Assembly: GCA_965112635.1 (NCBI GenBank)
Contig: OZ218778.1
Span: 384,001 to 448,000 of the forward strand
Origin: an uncultured bacterium
Lineage (GTDB): Bacteria > Oederibacteriota > Oederibacteriia > Oederibacteriales > Oederibacteriaceae
Direction: 5' to 3'
Length of the DNA stretch: 64,000 bases
A program made the position numbers and the translations under genes. The notes under the pieces are model-generated. The model saw only the letters and a program-made list of their open reading frames with translations, searched no databases and had not been told where the DNA came from. Positions 60,478-64,000 of this stretch are shown here, one piece after another (the first letter of the stretch is position 1; each line of letters starts with the position of its first letter).

Positions 60478-61413
60478 TTAGCAGACATGCCTTCTGGCTA
60501 GACCGGTAAAATATTTGATAGTTTCTTGGACTCCAATTTCAAGTTTCACCTGAGGACTCCACCCTAACCCATACCTAGCCTTTTGATAACTGAGGGTATT
60601 TGCCCTTAAGTCTCCCTTGCGAGGCGGCCCGCAAAATGGTTCTTCCTGATATCCCATAGCTTTTTTTATCATATTAAACAACTGCTTTACTGTGGCACCC
60701 CGGCTGGTACCAATATTAAAAGCCTGACCCTGTCCCTTGCTCAAAGCTAGCAGGTTCGCCCTAGCGACGTCTTGAACAAAAACATAATCCCGGATACACC
60801 CTCCATCCCCAAAAATGATAGGTCTTTTACCTTCTAAAATAGCTTTGATAAAAATAGCCACAACCCCTGCTTCACCGTGTGGCTCCTGTCTGGGTCCATA
60901 TACATTGCTGTATCGCAAAATCGTATATTTCAGGCCAAACTGCCTTGCATAAAACCTCAGGTAGTATTCTCCGGTTACTTTACTGATGCCGTAAGGATTT
61001 AGCGGATCCAAAGGATATTTTTCTGTGCAGGGTAGTTTTTTAGGTTCCCCATAAACCGTACCTCCGCTGGAGATAAAAATGAATTTTTTGACCTTAAAAC
61101 GCTTGCAGTTTTCCAGCAGATTCAATGTCCCCAGGGTATTGATCCCCGCATCCTCTTCTGGGTGGTCAACGGAATAAGGCACACTGATCTGTGCCGCATG
61201 GTGACAGACCACGTCAAACTCTTCCTTTTGGAACATTTTTTCAATCTTTGACGAGCGAATGTCCATCCGGAAAAACTTGGCTTTGGCAGGAATATTGGTT
61301 CTTTTCCCGCTGGAAAGATTATCCACCACCGAGACCTTGTGCTCTTTGGAAAGGAAAAGTTCGGCCACATGTGAACCGATAAAACCAGCTCCTCCAGTTA
61401 CCAATATTTTCAT
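60478..61413 (-). CDS. NAD-dependent epimerase (UDP-glucose 4-epimerase-like)
   Basis: TGGAGFIG, YGISK, RYSNVYGP. Confidence 0.9.
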   Translation of the reverse strand: MKILVTGGAGFIGSHVAELFLSKEHKVSVVDNLSSGKRTNIPAKAKFFRMDIRSSKIEKMFQKEEFDVVCHHAAQISVPYSVDHPEEDAGINTLGTLNLLENCKRFKVKKFIFISSGGTVYGEPKKLPCTEKYPLDPLNPYGISKVTGEYYLRFYARQFGLKYTILRYSNVYGPRQEPHGEAGVVAIFIKAILEGKRPIIFGDGGCIRDYVFVQDVARANLLALSKGQGQAFNIGTSRGATVKQLFNMIKKAMGYQEEPFCGPPRKGDLRANTLSYQKARYGLGWSPQVKLEIGVQETIKYFTGLARRHVC

Positions 61414-61486
61414 GGCTATTCCTTTCTCATGAAAATTGAGGACAGTATAGCAGAACAAAAACCTTTAAAATAAAACAAAATACCAT

Positions 61487-62893
61487 CTAATACGCGTGCT
61501 TGTGCTCAAGGATATCCAGGACCGTGCGAAGGATGATGGTGACGTCCAAAAGCAGCGACCAATTCTCGATGTAGTAGATGTCATATTTGACACGTTCCTC
61601 AATAGATGTATTACCCCTCAAACCGTTGACCTGGGCCCAACCCGTGAGCCCCGCCCTGACTTTATGCCTTTCTAAGTAGCGGGGTATCTTATTTTTGAAC
61701 TGGTTGACAAAATGCGGCCGTTCCGGACGCGGTCCTACCAGGCTCATGTCCCCTTTAAGGATATTCAAGAGCTGTGGCAGCTCATCCAGGCTGGTCTTGC
61801 GCAAGACTCGGCCCAGCCTGGTGCATCGCTGGTCATCCCGGCTTGCCCATACTGGCCCGCTGTGGGTTTCCGCATCCATCCGCATGGACCGGAATTTATA
61901 GGTCCAGAAAATTTTATTATCCCTCCCCACCCTCTCCTGCTTAAAGAACACCGGCCCCTTGGAATCGAGTTTGATCAGCACCATGATGACCAGCCAAACA
62001 GGTGACAACACAACGATACCGATAAAGGAAAGGATAATATCCATGGTCCTTTTGATAAAACGGTTATAGGTTTTTTCCAGGGGTTCTTCCAGCAAGCCAA
62101 AGATGGGCATGCCCTGGATGTCATCCACATGAACAGGGCCGGTGATTAAGTGGAATACATCTGGAATGATTTTGACTTCTACTCCCTGTCCAGAGCAAAC
62201 CTCGATAATCTTGATGAGATGCTGGTCATCCGAACCGGAAACCGCCACAAAGATCTCCTCGATTTCGTATCTCCGTATTAACTGTCCCAACTGGGAGACC
62301 TGGCCTACGACCCTCTGTTTAAAATGCTTGGCCATAAGAGCCTTGCCTGAAGGCCGCACAAAACCCAGCACCCTATAACCATACCTGAGATTGGTCCGCA
62401 AGCGTTCGTAGGTGGACCACGCGGCGTCGCTGGTTCCTACGATGAGGCAGCGGGTCACGCCGAACCCTCTCCTTCTCAGAATGATCTGCAATCGGCGCAA
62501 AATACCTCGGGACACAGCCAAAAAAAGGATATTGAGAGCCCAGTTAAAACTGAGCATGATCCTGGAAAAAGAAACCGTGCGGATGAAAAAAGTCGCGGCA
62601 ATGAGCAGAATAAAACTGATGGTCACGGACTTAAAGATGGAACCGAACTCGTCCGCCCCGGAGATGGAATGCCTCTGCCGGTAGAGCCCGGTATATTTAA
62701 AAACAAATACCTGCACTAACAAGGAAACCAACAGAGCCCAAGCATACCACTTGGGATTGGACAGGAACGCGTGGGGCACCCATCCCGAAAAGAACCTAAC
62801 CCAGAAAATGGCCCCAAAGGACATGCTCAGAACCATCAGGTCCGCTAAAAGCAGGAGCAAAAGGAAGAAACGATGGATGTTCCGTTTAGGCAT
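61487..62893 (-). CDS. undecaprenyl-phosphate glucose phosphotransferase (priming glycosyltransferase, WcaJ-like)
   Basis: N-terminal TMs, [27 protein letters not shown]. Confidence 0.92.
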   Translation of the reverse strand: MPKRNIHRFFLLLLLLADLMVLSMSFGAIFWVRFFSGWVPHAFLSNPKWYAWALLVSLLVQVFVFKYTGLYRQRHSISGADEFGSIFKSVTISFILLIAATFFIRTVSFSRIMLSFNWALNILFLAVSRGILRRLQIILRRRGFGVTRCLIVGTSDAAWSTYERLRTNLRYGYRVLGFVRPSGKALMAKHFKQRVVGQVSQLGQLIRRYEIEEIFVAVSGSDDQHLIKIIEVCSGQGVEVKIIPDVFHLITGPVHVDDIQGMPIFGLLEEPLEKTYNRFIKRTMDIILSFIGIVVLSPVWLVIMVLIKLDSKGPVFFKQERVGRDNKIFWTYKFRSMRMDAETHSGPVWASRDDQRCTRLGRVLRKTSLDELPQLLNILKGDMSLVGPRPERPHFVNQFKNKIPRYLERHKVRAGLTGWAQVNGLRGNTSIEERVKYDIYYIENWSLLLDVTIILRTVLDILEHKHAY

Positions 62894-64000
62894 TATGGAT
62901 GCGGCCTTCCCTGAATGCTTTATATTTGGTATTGATAAACTCCAAGAAATTGTGCTTAAAATTTTCCCGGTTAAACCGCTGGGCGTTCCTCCTGATCTTC
63001 TCAGGGTCGAACTTGATGCTGGCAAGTGTTTTTAAAGCCTCAACAAGAGAGGTTTCGCTTAGTTCATTGAAAAACAATCCGCTTTCTCCTGGAATGACCG
63101 TTTCCAGACACCCTCCCTTGGCATAGGCCACCACGGGCTTGCCCATGGCCTGCGCCTCGACCGGCACAATACCAAAGTCCTCTTCTCCTGGGAAAACCAA
63201 GGCTTTGCACTTGCTGTAATAATCTCTAAGCTCCTCATTGGACCGCCATCCCAGGAAACGCACTGTGGAACCGGCAGTTTTCTCTAGTCTTTTCCTTTCC
63301 ACACCTTCGCCAATGATGACCAAAGGCCAACCCAAAGTGTTAAAAACCTTGATCGCCAGATCTATCCTTTTATAAGGAACCAGGGCCGAAACAATGAGAT
63401 AAAAATCCTCCCCTCTGGATTTCTCGTTCTTAAAAAACTCAACATCGGCTGGAGGATAAATGACCTCGGCTTTCTGGTTGTAATACTTGTCTATCCGTGT
63501 GGCAACGTGTTTAGAAATGGCCGAAAAATAGTTGACCCTGGCGCTGGAGGCGGCATCCCAAGTTCTAAGGTAGCTTAAAAAATATGAAAGCAACTGGTAT
63601 TTAAAGAACGAACTTTTTTCTTTTGGAAAATATTCAAAGGTCTGGTCCCAAGCATAGCGCATGGGTGTGAAGCAGTAGCACAGGTGCAAGGTTTCTGGCC
63701 TAGTGATCACCCCTTTGGCTACGCAATGACTGGTGCTGATGACCAGGTCATAGGCCCTGAGATCGAACTGTTCGATGGCCATGGGGAACAGAGGCAGGTA
63801 ATGCTGGTACTTGGTCTGGGCAAACGGCAGATGCTGGATAAAAGAAGTCTGAATGCGGTGCTGGAGTAAGGCGGCTGAAACATTGGGCCTATTGAGCACA
63901 AGGGTAAAAATATCCGCCTCCGGAAAAAGTTCTCCCAAGCACTCCAGGACTTTTTCTCCCCCGCGCATGCCGGTCAGCCAGTCATGGACTAAAGCGACTT
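62886..64000 (-). CDS. glycosyltransferase family 4 (5' end just beyond the window)
   Basis: VALVHDWLTGMRGGEK, EDFGIVPVEAQ. Confidence 0.92.
   Translation of the reverse strand, partial: VALVHDWLTGMRGGEKVLECLGELFPEADIFTLVLNRPNVSAALLQHRIQTSFIQHLPFAQTKYQHYLPLFPMAIEQFDLRAYDLVISTSHCVAKGVITRPETLHLCYCFTPMRYAWDQTFEYFPKEKSSFFKYQLLSYFLSYLRTWDAASSARVNYFSAISKHVATRIDKYYNQKAEVIYPPADVEFFKNEKSRGEDFYLIVSALVPYKRIDLAIKVFNTLGWPLVIIGEGVERKRLEKTAGSTVRFLGWRSNEELRDYYSKCKALVFPGEEDFGIVPVEAQAMGKPVVAYAKGGCLETVIPGESGLFFNELSETSLVEALKTLASIKFDPEKIRRNAQRFNRENFKHNFLEFINTKYKAFREGRIHNA

Noticed and set aside
534-63901. Many overlapping antisense or alternate-frame ORFs in the track (e.g. 22254..23330, 43008..43889, 10283..11152)
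   Set aside because: They are shadows of well-supported genes and have no recognisable motifs.

Overview
Bacterial chromosomal window, mostly housekeeping and metabolic genes on the minus strand. The diderm cell plan and candidate-phylum origin are inferences: the Thr/Pro-rich secreted proteins with T9SS-like/FlgD C-terminal domains resemble those of FCPU426/Goldbacteria-like lineages. Contents in order: Rrf2-cysK-metY-msrAB then metX sulfur cluster; acetyl-CoA/acetate cluster plus GH3; two tandem paralogous secreted lectin-like proteins; a SEC-C protein; an APC permease fused to a PII domain behind a dual-hairpin ANTAR-type attenuator; a putative outer-membrane protein whose promoter shares a 15/16-bp box with the kdp promoter; kdpFABCDE with two extra small membrane ORFs; an eda/GH88-like/SDR cluster; AraC; a large surface protein; a GH63-like enzyme; rsmE; tig-clpP-clpX; mdh/icd/aconitase; tlyA; pilB-like ATPase; tRNA-Gly; prmC-prfA-rpmE; rho; coaE; and a polysaccharide biosynthesis cluster. 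The most notable candidates are the ANTAR-controlled APC-PII fusion, which has a possible internal start for free PII, and the apparently KdpE-controlled outer-membrane protein. All calls come from reading motifs by eye; no database searches were run.
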